Below, in pieces: positions 1 through 8,540 of a stretch of DNA of 48,800 nt (position 1 is its first letter; every line of letters begins with the position of its first letter). The DNA is from a bacterium. Lineage in GTDB: Bacteria > SZUA-182 > DTGQ01 > JAFGSM01. The notes under the pieces were generated by a model. The model was given only the letters and a program-made list of their open reading frames with translations, searched no databases and was not told the origin of the DNA. The DNA lies in assembly GCA_049472295.1 (NCBI GenBank), contig JBLIRM010000002.1, positions 1 through 48,800 on the forward strand, read 5' to 3'. The position numbers and the translations under genes are program-made.

Positions 1-230
1 CTGAGAATCTTTGATCAGTCAAACAATATATATATAACAAAATAAAATGAAAAAATGATTGACAAACCATCCAAATTGGTTTAAGCTATTCGAGTCTAAA
101 CGGGGCTCTGTATTCATATGATAATATGATCTGATTTATCTTTACATCCACCGTGGAGATTTTTGATACAAATAGTCATGATTAGAAAGTAGTTTGACCT
201 GGTTCATATCTCAATAGGGGGGAGGTCATA

Positions 231-506
231 ATGACTTTCGCACTTTATCCCAAGAAGATATATTGTCCGAATTGTCACTATACAGGGAAGGCCAAACTCA
301 AACGAAAAAAGATACCCCATGAACTGATTATTTTACTCATTGGCATTTTTATCATCTCATTTTTCTTTTCCCCGCTCGTTCCCGTCTCTCTCATCTATAT
401 CCTGTGGCTTATCATGGTTTCTTCCGAACATGTGTGCCCAAGCTGTCGGTGGAAATATCCCTTGTCTTTCGCCCGTTACCGGAGGCAACAACAAACAGCA
501 GAATGA
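231..506 (+). CDS. small LITAF/SIMPLE-like zinc-ribbon membrane protein (hypothetical)
   Basis: 91-aa ORF. An N-terminal CPNC and a C-terminal H-x-CPSC knuckle flank a ~35-aa hydrophobic stretch (LIILLIGIFIISFFFSPLVPVSLIYILWLIMV). A GGGGGGAGG RBS at 217-225 lies 5 nt before the ATG. Confidence 0.6.
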   Translation: MTFALYPKKIYCPNCHYTGKAKLKRKKIPHELIILLIGIFIISFFFSPLVPVSLIYILWLIMVSSEHVCPSCRWKYPLSFARYRRQQQTAE

Positions 507-524
507 ATTGAGCTGAGAAAAACA

Positions 525-1382
525 TTATACCCGATCAGAGCCAATGGCTTTTTGGAGTTTCTCCCATTCTTTCAGAAAATCCTGCAGATGTGTCCGATCC
601 GGTTGTGCACCCTCTTTTTGTAACAATACTTTTACCCTTTCCTGTTCCTCTTCGTATTCTTCAGCGGTAAAATGGCCGCCAAAATAACACAGACGCAACC
701 ATAACAAATAAGTGGTCAGGGCATCACATTCATTGTAAGCGATAATTTTATCCAGTTCTCCATTCAGCCATAAACCGGCAACCTGCTGTCCGTCTACTTC
801 CATTTTCCCGGGGATACCCGAGACTACAGCCATTTCATTCAAAGAGGGACTGGATTTTCCCCTGCTTCCCAGTATCCTGAGCAGATCCACATTCCAATCA
901 CTGTAATCCGAGAAATAATCCGCACCCTCCCATGGTTTTTCAGGGCGGGCACAGAATTCAGCCGCCTGGACACCGTTGGAAACCCCCCGCTGCATCAAGA
1001 TCTTCAGATCTGCAGACAGAGAATTGTATCCCACCAATTGTGGCTTTCGTTTTCCCAGTACATGAAGAAAGGTCCCGATAATTTCCGCCTCTGACACATG
1101 CTTTGTTTCTGAAGGGCTGCTGGGTATGGAATGGAGCTTAACCTCAATTCCATTTTCCTCCATGTAACGGGTCACGAAAGAGATGGAGACAATCCGGCAT
1201 AAAGCTGTTTTCAAATAGGGCATGGGATCTTCTTCCGTGGCCCCACCCTCCTGCCACATCCGTTCAAATATCTCCTGAACGGACATGGATTCCGGCAATT
1301 GATAAAGCAGTCGTCCTGCCAATGGATCCGGGATCCATTCCACATCGAATACCCAAACCTTTTTATAAACACGCTTGAACAT
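525..1382 (-). CDS. predicted 3'-5' exonuclease, PolB-exonuclease-like (RNase H fold, DEDDy type)
   Basis: 285-aa ORF. ExoI-like VFDVEW sits near the N-terminus, followed by GYNSLSADLKIL (ExoII-like) and AYNECDALTTYLLWLR (Y-x3-D ExoIII-like). Size and layout fit the stand-alone PolB-like exonuclease family (COG3298-like, from memory). Confidence 0.6.
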   Translation of the reverse strand: MFKRVYKKVWVFDVEWIPDPLAGRLLYQLPESMSVQEIFERMWQEGGATEEDPMPYLKTALCRIVSISFVTRYMEENGIEVKLHSIPSSPSETKHVSEAEIIGTFLHVLGKRKPQLVGYNSLSADLKILMQRGVSNGVQAAEFCARPEKPWEGADYFSDYSDWNVDLLRILGSRGKSSPSLNEMAVVSGIPGKMEVDGQQVAGLWLNGELDKIIAYNECDALTTYLLWLRLCYFGGHFTAEEYEEEQERVKVLLQKEGAQPDRTHLQDFLKEWEKLQKAIGSDRV

Positions 1383-1525
1383 TCCGAAAGCCTCCTATTT
1401 GTCACGAGAATAAATTTTCATTCATCGTGGTGCCCTGAAGGGGCATTAATGTTTTTAGGAAATAAGTTTTGTATTACCTATCAATCCATATTGAATTAAT
1501 CACCGAAACACCATAAGAACGATCC

Positions 1526-2989
1526 TCACTCAGGCAAGTTGCAGGCCCTGCCCTTGAAGCGAAAAATCAGGTGCAGCCATTTCCTGGTTCGTTCGTTAAA
1601 AAGCTTTTCTGAGAAGTAATCTCCTGCAGCCCGCTTCGAAATCTCGGATAATGTGGGATAGACATGGATGGCCCCTGCCAGTATGGAAAGCTTTAATCCG
1701 CCGTTTATGGCGGCAATCCATTCATGGATCAATTCCCCGGCATGGGCACCTATGATCTGGCAGCCCAGCAGCTTTCCCTTGGGATCGATCAGCACCTTTA
1801 TCTTGCCAAGGGGCTCTGCCTCTGCAAGGGCGCGGTCGTTTTCCTCAAAAAAATCCTCCAGTACCCGGTATTCGAGCCCTGCCCCTTTGGCCCTTTTTTC
1901 ATTGAATCCTATACTTGCCACCTCAGGATCAGTATAGGTGCACCAAGGCACTTTTGTATAATCCGCCTTCCGGGGGAGGTGCAGGCAGGCATTGGTCAAT
2001 GCAATCCCTCCCTCATATCCGGCCACATGGGTGAATGGAAACTGTCCGTTTACATCCCCACAGGCATAGATATGCGGGACCTTTGTGCGCATCCGCGCGT
2101 CTGTGATGATCCCTTTGGGGGTATACTTTACACCTGCCGTATCAAGACCCAAATTCTCCACATTGGGTCTTCTGCCGGTGGCCACGATCAGGGCATCTGC
2201 TTGAAGAACCTGCGTTTTCACCTCCCCTTTTGCCGGTGCCACACCCAGGGCGATTTGCGCCCCCTTCTTCTCTGCTTTCACGGCCTTGGTGCCTGTCAGG
2301 ATCTTTACGCCTTCGGCTTCAAGACAGTCCTTCAAGATTTGGGCCATATCGGGATCCTCGGGTCCGAGGATCTGATCCATGAATTCCACAATCGTCACTT
2401 GCGAGCCCAGACGCTGGAATGCCTGTGCCATCTCCAGTCCGATGGGACCTCCACCCAGGACAAACAATTTTTCAGGCAGTTTTTTCTGGGAAAATACAGT
2501 TTCATTGGTCCAGTAAGGCACATCCGTGATACCCTCCACCGGAGGGAGCGCAGGCCTCGATCCGGTGGCAACAATCCAGGCCTTTGCCGAAATCCGCCTC
2601 CCGTCCACTTTGACTATATGGTCGTCCATAAATCCGGGCTCACTGAAAAGCACCTCTGCACCAAGCTTACAAAACCGCTCGGGTGAATCGTGTTCCTGGA
2701 TCTCTTCGATCACGGAATGCACCCTTTTCATCACCTTTCCCAGATCCACAGCCGGCAAATCAATTGGAGGAAGGCCGAACTCCTTTGACCTGCGTGCAAG
2801 GGACCATACCTTTGCCGTGCGTATCAAAGACTTCGAAGGCACACACCCGAAGTGAAGGCAATCCCCTCCCAGCTTGTCCGACCTTTCGATAAGGATCGTC
2901 TTTGCCCCAAACTGAGCGGCCCCTGCCGCAGCAGTGAGCCCGGCCGCTCCCCCGCCGATCACTCCGAGATCATAGTCATAACTTCCCAT
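1526..2989 (-). CDS. class-I pyridine nucleotide-disulfide oxidoreductase (dihydrolipoyl dehydrogenase / mercuric-reductase-like flavoprotein)
   Basis: FAD fold GVIGGGAAG, redox-active disulfide GGDCLHFGCVPSK, second dinucleotide fold VLGGGPIGLEMAQ, and C-terminal dimerisation motif HVYPTLSE. GGGAGGAG RBS upstream. Confidence 0.85.
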   Translation of the reverse strand: MGSYDYDLGVIGGGAAGLTAAAGAAQFGAKTILIERSDKLGGDCLHFGCVPSKSLIRTAKVWSLARRSKEFGLPPIDLPAVDLGKVMKRVHSVIEEIQEHDSPERFCKLGAEVLFSEPGFMDDHIVKVDGRRISAKAWIVATGSRPALPPVEGITDVPYWTNETVFSQKKLPEKLFVLGGGPIGLEMAQAFQRLGSQVTIVEFMDQILGPEDPDMAQILKDCLEAEGVKILTGTKAVKAEKKGAQIALGVAPAKGEVKTQVLQADALIVATGRRPNVENLGLDTAGVKYTPKGIITDARMRTKVPHIYACGDVNGQFPFTHVAGYEGGIALTNACLHLPRKADYTKVPWCTYTDPEVASIGFNEKRAKGAGLEYRVLEDFFEENDRALAEAEPLGKIKVLIDPKGKLLGCQIIGAHAGELIHEWIAAINGGLKLSILAGAIHVYPTLSEISKRAAGDYFSEKLFNERTRKWLHLIFRFKGRACNLPE

Positions 2990-3102
2990 GCTTTCTCCTC
3001 CCTTATATCAAGCGGTCATCGCTCAGATTAATTCTAAAGCAAACCGTATCATAATCCTTAACCGGGCCAGTAATTGAATTGAGCTAAAAACCCGAATCTA
3101 TC

Positions 3103-3909
3103 TCAGCCACCCGTGGCAAACCCGGGATATAGCATCATTCCCCCATCCACAAAAATGGATACCCCATTCACATAATCCGACTCATCAGAGGCAAGCCAGA
3201 CGGCCACACGGCCGATATCCTCGGGTTCCCCTACGCGACCATAAGGAATCAAACTGAGCAATTCGGCCTCCGCCTCTTGTGAGGACCATGCATTGACATT
3301 GATGGGCGTCCTGATAGCCCCTGGACAGATGCTGTTTATGCGGATCTTTTGAGGGGCCAATTCCTGGGCCATGGATCTCATTAAAAGCATGACACCCCCC
3401 TTTGATGCCGCATAATTGGCATGCATGGCCCATGGGATGTTTTCATGCACGGAAGACATGCAAATGATTTTCCCTCTGGCGCAAGAAACCTCGGGCATGA
3501 TACCGCGACGAAGGAATTCGCACACCGCCTCTCTTGCACAGAGGAACTGTCCGGTGAGGTTTACGGACAACACAAATTCCCAGTCTTTCAGTGTCATTTC
3601 ATGAAAAGGGGCATCCCTTTGAACACCAGCGTTGTTGACCAGGATATGGATGGTACCGTATGTTTCGATCATCTCTTTAAACATGGCCTTGACCTGATCT
3701 TCATTGCTGATATCTGCCTTGACGGCTATGGCCTTGCCCCCTTTGGACTGAATCTCCGATACCACCTTTTGTGCCTTTTCAGGGGCCACTACATAATTGA
3801 TGACCACCGAGGCACCCTCCACAGCCAACGCCTTTGCAATGGCCTCACCAATGCCTGAATTGGCCCCGGTCACGAGCGCTGTCTGTCCTTTCAAACACTG
3901 GGGCTGCAT
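3103..3909 (-). CDS. short-chain dehydrogenase/reductase, glucose 1-dehydrogenase-like
   Basis: TGANSGIG cofactor motif, NNAG, and SSVHENIPW...YAASKGG (Y-x3-K). Overall similar to Bacillus-type glucose 1-dehydrogenases. Confidence 0.8.
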   Translation of the reverse strand: MQPQCLKGQTALVTGANSGIGEAIAKALAVEGASVVINYVVAPEKAQKVVSEIQSKGGKAIAVKADISNEDQVKAMFKEMIETYGTIHILVNNAGVQRDAPFHEMTLKDWEFVLSVNLTGQFLCAREAVCEFLRRGIMPEVSCARGKIICMSSVHENIPWAMHANYAASKGGVMLLMRSMAQELAPQKIRINSICPGAIRTPINVNAWSSQEAEAELLSLIPYGRVGEPEDIGRVAVWLASDESDYVNGVSIFVDGGMMLYPGFATGG

Positions 3910-3935
3910 GCCACACCTCCTAATCCATTTTCATT

Positions 3936-6599
3936 TCAATTGCGATTCAATCTCCAGTCATAATCCTGGAAATCGATTGTGACAGTATCTCCCTTTTCTT
4001 GTAGGAATCCTTTATCTTTATCATTATGTAAATACCGGGAAACAAACCTCAGTCTTTCAGACTGCGTCTTTCCAAAATCCTCCGCATACCATTTGAATAT
4101 GCGTGAAAGCGAGACACGATTTCTTTCCCGGTCTATGATGACGCCGCCGGAATTCAGAAAGGTCTCCGCAGCTATGGCCAATTCCGCATCCAGGTTCTCA
4201 GCAGTATAGACCTCTATAGGCGGGCAGGAAGAGGAAGCACACACCAGGGCAAAGTGTACTCGCGGCTCAATGGGTGAAATGACCTGTTTGAGCCTTCGAT
4301 CCCTTCCCTTAAATAGTTTGAAAATGGCATTGGGAGGGCGTCTATTCCCACGCAGGATGCCATGTTCGATATCATCAGGACTGAAGAGGCTTTTCCCGAT
4401 CTGATAGTGAATCACCCTGAAAAAGTTCCGGACCTCTTTCACGGAGTCCCTGATGCCCAGTTCGATCACCCCATGGATCACGATGGCATTATACAGATTG
4501 ATCCAGAAGGCCAGCCTTTCCTTTCTGTCTTTTAGGGAATCCAGATCCAGCGATTTCAGGTTGTTACTCAACTCCAGATACTCTTTATAAACCTTTGAAT
4601 GAGCCATCTGTTCGTAGGCCACCCTGCCGCGTTTTGTGTCAAAAAACGCCCCTCTCAGGATGTTGATCATCCGCTTCAGCTTTGGTGCAATCTCATTGGG
4701 CCGGATATGTTCTCTTGGATCACCCTCATTGAGGACAACCTTACTGGTCAGCAAAAACCTTTTACCGCGGGAATCCTCTATGGTCTCAGCTGTCCCTGCC
4801 ATATCACCTTTCGCCCTATTCAGGGCGATAACACTGTTAATATAACCGATGTGGGTAAATGCCTGGGGAAAATTCCCCAGGGCCTCTTTCCATTTCACGT
4901 CATATTCCTCTGAGAAAAGGCCAAGAGGATTGGCTGCCTTTTCCAGAAGACGAAGGAGGGATTCCGCTTCATCCAGACGATTCAAACCGAGCAGGCAATC
5001 CACCAGCCAAAATGTACAAAGCAAAAAGGTCCCCTCTTCTCCGGACAATCCATCATCCGCAATATAGCGATAGAGGAGGCCGTCATGGCTCAATTCCTTT
5101 TGTATGGCCTCAATGGTTGCAATCACACGGGGATCATCAAATGGAAGAAAGCCCATGATAGGTATCAATAGATTGCTCGAATCCAGGGCATCCGTCTCAT
5201 AGTGCTGAACATAGGCATTTTTCTCCTCACTCCATCCCCTTTCCATCACCTCTTTCCTGATGGCCTTTTTGGTCTCCTCCCATTTTTTTAGATCCCCGGG
5301 AAAACCGTATCTCCGGGCGATTGTAATCCCCCGGTCCAGGGCCACCCAGCACATCACCTTGGAATAAACAAAGAGGTAAGTCCCGCCGCGAACCTCCCAA
5401 ATCCCGGAATCCTTCTCCTGCCAATGCTCAACAACATAATCGCAGATGTCACGCAAAAAAGGCCAGAGGTGAACATCGATCTTCCCCACATAGTCCGAAA
5501 GCTTCAATGCGGCATCCATGATCTCTCCGTATATATCAAGCTGCTTTTGATTTGCGGCCTCGTTTCCAATCCGAACGGGACGAGATCCCTTATATCCGTC
5601 AAGATGGGATAGTGTCTCCTCAGGCATGTTCTTCTCTCCACGAAGGCCGTACATGATTTGTAAAGCGCCGGCCCCGTGCTCGGAGATCAGCCTTTCTATC
5701 CATCTAAGATAACCCTCTGTCTCGGAAAGGTGGCCCAGATTATAGAGGGCCTTCAATGTAAAGGATGTGTCGCGCACCCAGGTAAAACGGTAATCCCAGT
5801 TTCTCACTCCTCCGATCTCCTCAGGCAGGGATGTGGTTGCAGCAGCAGCGATGGTACCTATAGGGCCGTAATAGAGGAGTTTCAGAACCAGTGCGGAACG
5901 GTTGAGCATCTCCCGATAAGGCCCGAGATTGACGGACCGGCCCGTTTCACTCCTTTTGAGCCACTGCCTCCAGAATTTTTCAGTGTCCAGTAAGACCTTC
6001 TCCGCAACTCCCGGGTCGATCCCATGACATTGCTTAGCCCCGTAAATCAAATGAAACCATATGAGATCCCCTTCTGATAAATCCCAATCCGCTGATGCGA
6101 TCTCCTTTTCTATCTTCAAAGGACGGGTACAGGAGAGCGTGATGCTCTCACCATCCCCCTGTGCGATAAGCCCTCCTCTGGATTTTTTGACCGAGGTATG
6201 GGCCATGGCATAATTGAACCTGGGTTCAAAAACGACCTTTATCCGCATACCTCCTTTAGTCATCTTTACTAATCGATACAGTTCATGCTTTACTGCCTCC
6301 GGTTCCTCTTCATCACTATAGGGCACTGGCATGAAGTCGATCAGTTCCATTAATCCGGATCTTGTTCTGAACCTGGTCTTTAAGATATTTGTGTCCGGCA
6401 GATATTCAGCAACCGAATCATAATCTTCTGAAGGAAAGATAGAGAATCGGCCCCCCTTTTTATCGTCAAGAAGTGCCCCGAATATGCTCGGATCATCGAT
6501 ATGAGGGAAACACAGCCAGTCGATTGAACCATCAATGCCAATCAGGGCGATGGAATGTAAGTTGCCGATGATGCCGTAATCGCTGATTTTTTTATACAT
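3936..6599 (-). CDS. glycoside hydrolase family 15 (glucoamylase/trehalase-like) fused to a C-terminal DUF547 domain
   Basis: 887 aa. The N-terminus MYKKISDYGIIGNLHSIALIGIDGSIDWLCFPHIDDPSIFGALLD, plus WDYRFTWVRDTSF, is typical of bacterial/archaeal GH15 enzymes. The last ~250 aa (LAFWINLYNAIVIHG...HFALVCASSSCPP...FKWY) match the DUF547 signature. Confidence 0.85.
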   Translation of the reverse strand: MYKKISDYGIIGNLHSIALIGIDGSIDWLCFPHIDDPSIFGALLDDKKGGRFSIFPSEDYDSVAEYLPDTNILKTRFRTRSGLMELIDFMPVPYSDEEEPEAVKHELYRLVKMTKGGMRIKVVFEPRFNYAMAHTSVKKSRGGLIAQGDGESITLSCTRPLKIEKEIASADWDLSEGDLIWFHLIYGAKQCHGIDPGVAEKVLLDTEKFWRQWLKRSETGRSVNLGPYREMLNRSALVLKLLYYGPIGTIAAAATTSLPEEIGGVRNWDYRFTWVRDTSFTLKALYNLGHLSETEGYLRWIERLISEHGAGALQIMYGLRGEKNMPEETLSHLDGYKGSRPVRIGNEAANQKQLDIYGEIMDAALKLSDYVGKIDVHLWPFLRDICDYVVEHWQEKDSGIWEVRGGTYLFVYSKVMCWVALDRGITIARRYGFPGDLKKWEETKKAIRKEVMERGWSEEKNAYVQHYETDALDSSNLLIPIMGFLPFDDPRVIATIEAIQKELSHDGLLYRYIADDGLSGEEGTFLLCTFWLVDCLLGLNRLDEAESLLRLLEKAANPLGLFSEEYDVKWKEALGNFPQAFTHIGYINSVIALNRAKGDMAGTAETIEDSRGKRFLLTSKVVLNEGDPREHIRPNEIAPKLKRMINILRGAFFDTKRGRVAYEQMAHSKVYKEYLELSNNLKSLDLDSLKDRKERLAFWINLYNAIVIHGVIELGIRDSVKEVRNFFRVIHYQIGKSLFSPDDIEHGILRGNRRPPNAIFKLFKGRDRRLKQVISPIEPRVHFALVCASSSCPPIEVYTAENLDAELAIAAETFLNSGGVIIDRERNRVSLSRIFKWYAEDFGKTQSERLRFVSRYLHNDKDKGFLQEKGDTVTIDFQDYDWRLNRN

Positions 6600-6708
6600 C
6601 GATTATCCATTCAATAACAAAATGCATCAACAAAAAGGCCTTCAAAAAACCGGAAACCTTGCAAAGAATGTTCTCTGCATTTATGTAATATGCGATTGAA
6701 TTTGATTA

Positions 6709-6873
6709 CCTCGTAAAAAGTCATGCATTGAGTTATTGCGAGGAGCCGAAGGCGGCGAAGCAATCTAATAAATACAAATGGATATCCATACCTGAGATTG
6801 CTTCGCTTCCCCCCACACTTCGCTCGGGGCTTTGGCTTACTGCAAAGGCATTTTTGGGACTTTTTACGAATCC
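6709..6873. repeat. nested palindromic intergenic repeat, copy A (GCAATCT / GAGATTGCTTCG family)
   Basis: TTATTGCGAGGAGCCGAAGGCGGCGAAGCAATC (6733-6765) faces GAGATTGCTTCGC (6794-6806). An outer inverted pair, CGTAAAAAGTC (about 6712) and GACTTTTTACG (about 6860), encloses it. The right arm is the reverse complement of the left arm of copy B. Confidence 0.75.
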
Positions 6874-7131
6874 ATCAAATTTAAAGCTGCTCAGCACAGA
6901 TGAAAGGATCAGCCCGACGAAATCATAAACCGGACTTAAACAGATTGTTTGAATGATACGAAAAGAATATGATCTTTATATCTTTTCAATGATAACCTTT
7001 GAAGGGAGGGGATGTCAATCAAGGATGGATTCGTAAAATGACCGGAAATGGTTTGAAAAAAAATAATGATTCAAGTAACATGGATATATTGGAAACATGA
7101 TTTCAATCACCATAATAAGGAGGGAAGGATT

Positions 7132-7317
7132 ATGGCCGGTTGTCACGATATGAAAAAGGGTGAGATTTACATGTGTGAGGATTGCGGGATGGAACTGCAA
7201 GTCATAAAGGAATGCAAGGACGTTGGAAAACCTGCTGCGGATTGCTCCTGCCACAGTGAAGAAGAGTCTTGTACAATCGAATGCTGTGGAAATCCTTTGG
7301 TTAAAAAGGGATCATAG
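7132..7317 (+). CDS. desulforedoxin-like small Cys-rich metalloprotein with a Cys/His-rich insertion
   Basis: 61 aa from the ATG at 7132, with an AAGGAGGGAAGG RBS at 7118-7129. GEIYMCEDCGMELQV...TIECCGNPLVKK mirrors the desulforedoxin pattern G-x-Y-x-C-x-x-C-G...CCG. About 20 extra residues (ECKDVGKPAADCSCHSEEESC) are inserted between the two halves. Confidence 0.6.
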   Translation: MAGCHDMKKGEIYMCEDCGMELQVIKECKDVGKPAADCSCHSEEESCTIECCGNPLVKKGS

Positions 7318-7496
7318 GACTTTCTTTTTGAAATATCCCGGATAATGGATCGCAGGATGACAACCTTTTTTTAGATTGATGGATGTGTAAAACTGCCTGT
7401 TTCAATTCCTGTTTGTTGTTATACTGATAAGGAGAAAGACGTCTCTTTGAAATGGAATAAAACAAGGTTGTAATGACCATTCAAGAGGGAGAAGGC

Positions 7497-7748
7497 ATGG
7501 AAAAGCCCGTAAAGATCTATACTCTCAGCACATGTTCCCATTGTAAGGCCACCAAAAAGTTGCTGGACGACTGCCATGTGGAATACAAATTTACGGATGT
7601 GGATTTGCTTGAAGGGGCCGAAAGACAGGCCATCCTTGAAGAGGTGAAAAAGCTGAATCCCAGATGCTCCTTCCCTACAATCATTATTGGAGACAGGGTG
7701 ATTGTAGGATACAAGGAGGCCGAGATCAGGGAGGCCCTCGGACTATGA
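7497..7748 (+). CDS. glutaredoxin-like (thioredoxin-fold CxxC) protein
   Basis: 83 aa from the ATG at 7497. VKIYTLSTCSHCKATKKLL carries the CxxC active site, followed by FPTIIIGDRVIVGY. Its stop overlaps the next start (ATGA at 7745-7748). Confidence 0.8.
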   Translation: MEKPVKIYTLSTCSHCKATKKLLDDCHVEYKFTDVDLLEGAERQAILEEVKKLNPRCSFPTIIIGDRVIVGYKEAEIREALGL

Positions 7749-8077
7749 GCGAAGTAGAAAAGTTATACGAGATGTTAAAAAATATCCAGGAGTCGAAGGG
7801 TTACCCATTTAACAAGGACAAAGAGAGGGTTTTTGAACTCCTGGAGGCCCTTCTTCTGAACAAGAAACGTTATGGCTACATGTCCTGTCCGTGCAGGCTG
7901 GCATCCGGGGACCGGGAAAAGGACAAGGACATCCTCTGTCCCTGTGTTTACAGAACACCTGATGTAGCGGAATATGGCAGTTGCTACTGCAACCTTTATG
8001 TTTCGAATGAATGGAACGAAGATAAAATCCCCCACCCTTACGTGCCTGAAAGAAGGCCCATCGAAAAGATGCCCTAA
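7745..8077 (+). CDS. ferredoxin:thioredoxin reductase catalytic (beta) subunit-like protein
   Basis: 110 aa. It has the CPC-x15-CPC-x13-CYC cysteine pattern (CPCRLASGDREKDKDILCPCVYRTPDVAEYGSCYCNLY) of FTR catalytic subunits and is translationally coupled to the Grx-like gene. Confidence 0.85.
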   Translation: MSEVEKLYEMLKNIQESKGYPFNKDKERVFELLEALLLNKKRYGYMSCPCRLASGDREKDKDILCPCVYRTPDVAEYGSCYCNLYVSNEWNEDKIPHPYVPERRPIEKMP

Positions 8078-8176
8078 TTGGCATTCGCTGAAATATTCCA
8101 GATGATACAATTCCAAAGTCTTCTTAGCCGTCAGACATTTTGATTCTCCGTAACCGTTCACCGAATTTCCCTATTC

Positions 8177-8298
8177 TCATTACGAGGGTGAGCCAAAGCC
8201 CCGAGCAAAGCGTGGGGGCCAGCGATGTGGCAATCTCAAAAACGAGTTTGCTTCGCTTGCCCCTTTTTACACTCGGGGTTTCAACTCACAGTAATGAC
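8177..8298. repeat. nested palindromic intergenic repeat, copy B
   Basis: TCATTAC...AGCCAAAGCCCCGAGCAAAGCGTGGGGGCCAGCGATGTGGCAATCTC, then a 6-nt loop, then GAGTTTGCTTCGCTTGCCCC...GTAATGAC. The left arm is near-identical to the reverse complement of the copy A right arm. Confidence 0.75.
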
Positions 8299-8540
8299 TC
8301 TCAATTGCAAATATCGTAAACGGTTACAATTCCCCTGACCAATTCTGACAACCTTGTAAAAGGTCCCGGAAATGTCAGGGGGATGTCAAATCGGTCTCAC
8401 TTTGAGGGACCTTGAGGGGATGGATCAAAGAAGGCCGATAAATATAAAGAGGTATTATCCTGAAGGGATTTCTGCCTGCAAAGAGATAATGAAGGGAAAT
8501 CAACGCCGTTTTCCGTAAATGTGATGATAGAGAGTAAATA

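Noticed and set aside
1-230. Promoter-like TTGACA at 59-64 and the AT-rich leader at the window start
   Set aside because: The candidate -10 (TAAGCT) is weak, and the upstream context is cut off by the window edge. This is not enough to support a call.
231-1382. LITAF-like protein plus PolB-like exonuclease as a two-gene phage-defence module
   Set aside because: The genes are convergent and so do not form an operon. There are no other defence-associated domains (no ATPase, nuclease-toxin, TIR, SIR2 and so on) and no mobile-element context.
1724-2686. Long antisense ORFs opposite well-supported genes: 1724-2686(+), 16842-17696(-), 21093-21803(-), 36505-37347(-), 20311-20814(-), 42410-42955(-), 25542-25970(-) and 45238-45714(-)
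   Set aside because: Each lies fully inside a gene on the other strand that has clear family motifs. Their translations are Arg/Gly/Pro/His-rich with low complexity and no recognisable motifs. They are typical shadow ORFs.
1526-2989. Mercuric reductase / mer operon
   Set aside because: The flavoprotein has the CxxxxC redox centre, but it lacks an N-terminal HMA domain and the C-terminal vicinal Cys pair of MerA. No merR/merT/merP-like genes are adjacent.
6728-6928. 66-aa ORF (MSYCEEPKAAKQSNKY...EIASLPP...)
   Set aside because: It is simply the translation of palindromic repeat copy A. The same DNA occurs in the opposite orientation in other intergenic sites, so it is not a gene.
7132-7317. 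The Cys-rich 61-aa protein as a second RiPP precursor for the downstream cassette
   Set aside because: Its termini reproduce the desulforedoxin metal-site pattern (CxxC...CC). It is separated from the cassette by two redox genes and a repeat element, and it has no leader-like Cys-free half. A metalloprotein role is more parsimonious.
6709-8298. CRISPR array
   Set aside because: The repeats are long imperfect palindromes in mixed orientation, separated by 1.3 kb and by 35 kb, with genes between them. There is no regular repeat-spacer periodicity and there are no cas genes.
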